In this document: positions 52,338 to 52,966 of the stretch, piece after piece
Position numbering within the stretch: position 1 is the stretch's first letter
How the letters are laid out: each line of letters opens with the position of its first letter
Notes under the pieces: generated by a model
The model's database searches: none
Seen by the model: only the letters and a program-made list of their open reading frames with translations
Told to the model about the DNA's origin: nothing
Position numbers and translations under genes: made by a program
From: Candidatus Saccharimonadota bacterium
GTDB taxonomy: Bacteria; Patescibacteriota; Saccharimonadia; Saccharimonadales; UBA4665
Reading direction: 5' to 3'
NCBI GenBank assembly: GCA_025927415.1
Contig: JAICLK010000001.1
Coordinates: 1-52,966, forward strand
Length of the DNA stretch: 52,966 nucleotides

Positions 52338-52966
52338 ATGAGCGATTCTGAACTGGCCGAGAAAGCTGCCGGCATCCTGCGCGAAAACGACCGCGGGTTG
52401 TACACTATTCCGGCGCATGGTATTTATCCCCACCAGTGGCTGTGGGATAGCTGCTTCATTGCCATCGGCCTGCGCCATCTTGACGTAGAGCGTGCCAAGA
52501 TGGAAATTCTCAGCTTACTGCGCGGCCAGTGGAGTAACGGCATGCTGCCGCATATTATCTTTAACCCCATCAAAAAACAACGTATGTATAGTGGCGTGTG
52601 GAATAGTTGGGTGAGTCCGCTATCGCCGGACGACGTCAGCACGAGTGGTATCACGCAGCCGCCGCTCATAGCCGAAGCGGTGGTGCAGATTGGTCAAAAG
52701 CTGGGACAGCACGAGCGCCACAGCTGGTATCGCCAGATTTGGCCAGCCCTGGTTGCATACCACCAGTGGATGTATGCCGAGCGCGACCCGCATGGCGAAG
52801 GCCTGGTGCTACTCATTCACCCCTGGGAAACCGGTCTAGATAACACACCGCCATGGATGAGCATGATGCACGCGCACCTGCTGCCGACTTGGATTCGCTT
52901 TTTGCAAAAAACGCATTTGGAGTTTTTCATTGGCCGCGCACGCCGCGACACACGCTACGTCGATGA
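52338..52966 (+). CDS. GH63-like / MGH1-like six-hairpin glycoside hydrolase, N-terminal part (runs off the window end)
   Basis: Absent from the ORF track because no stop is reached. From ATG 52338 it reads MSDSELAEKAAGILREN...YPHQWLWDSCFIAIGL...GITQPPL...IHPWETGLDNTPPW, which is typical of mannosylglycerate/glucosylglycerate-hydrolase-like enzymes. Confidence 0.6.
   Translation, partial: MSDSELAEKAAGILRENDRGLYTIPAHGIYPHQWLWDSCFIAIGLRHLDVERAKMEILSLLRGQWSNGMLPHIIFNPIKKQRMYSGVWNSWVSPLSPDDVSTSGITQPPLIAEAVVQIGQKLGQHERHSWYRQIWPALVAYHQWMYAERDPHGEGLVLLIHPWETGLDNTPPWMSMMHAHLLPTWIRFLQKTHLEFFIGRARRDTRYVD

Noticed and set aside
1-52966. Alternative genetic code (UGA=Gly, as in some CPR lineages), CRISPR arrays, prophage or transposon genes
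   Set aside because: TGA is used as a stop in many conserved ATGA overlaps, and conserved genes read through intact with the standard code. I saw no regularly spaced repeats and no integrase, transposase or phage structural genes.

Overview
This is a very compact, housekeeping-rich chromosomal segment. I call 58 CDS, and all but nine are on the minus strand. Many neighbours share ATGA or TAATG start-stop overlaps, and convergent genes overlap or abut with no spacer.

Recognisable content:
- Stress, transcription and replication: clpC (partial), nusA, dnaE, uvrB.
- Translation-related: rplS, rnhB, yraN, gatCAB, pheST.
- Peptidase: pepN.
- Type IV pilus: a PilB-type ATPase at 8.6-10.2 kb and three tandem pilin-like genes at 26.0-28.2 kb.
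- One sugar-phosphate gene string at 30.7-37.7 kb: PfkB kinase, class I aldolase, split transketolase, rpe-like, rpiB, gap.
- Other: four NUDIX hydrolases, ppa, a GlpQ-type diesterase plus a PLD-family protein, an AbrB-like protein coupled to an MMPL transporter, trxB with an NrdH-like redoxin, FKBP, yajQ, and a partial GH63-like hydrolase.

The gene repertoire and compaction look like a reduced-genome Patescibacteria/CPR organism, probably Saccharibacteria-like. That is inference only; no search was run. TGA acts as a stop codon, so the standard bacterial code applies. I saw no rRNA, tRNA, CRISPR array, transposase, integrase or phage genes.

Most interesting observations:
1. A 555-nt gene-free but helix-dense region (30165-30719) whose base-pairing favours a minus-strand RNA. 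It heads a co-directional string of a 413-aa unknown protein, a SLOG/TIGR00725-like protein and the three pilins.
2. One pilin gene is bracketed by ~36-bp direct repeats that duplicate the uvrB -10 box, GTG start and first codons.
3. A 185-bp element with perfect 16-bp terminal inverted repeats lies between rpiB and rpe.
4. A CIRCE-like operator lies on the clpC promoter.
5. A membrane-anchored protein with an RNxxxH (HEPN-like) motif is nested in gatCAB, and a PNPOx-family gene is nested in pheST.
6. A recurrent leaderless-type promoter layout (-10 box 5-9 nt before the start codon) occurs at about 15 genes.

All family calls come from motifs read by eye. No database searches or folding computations were run.
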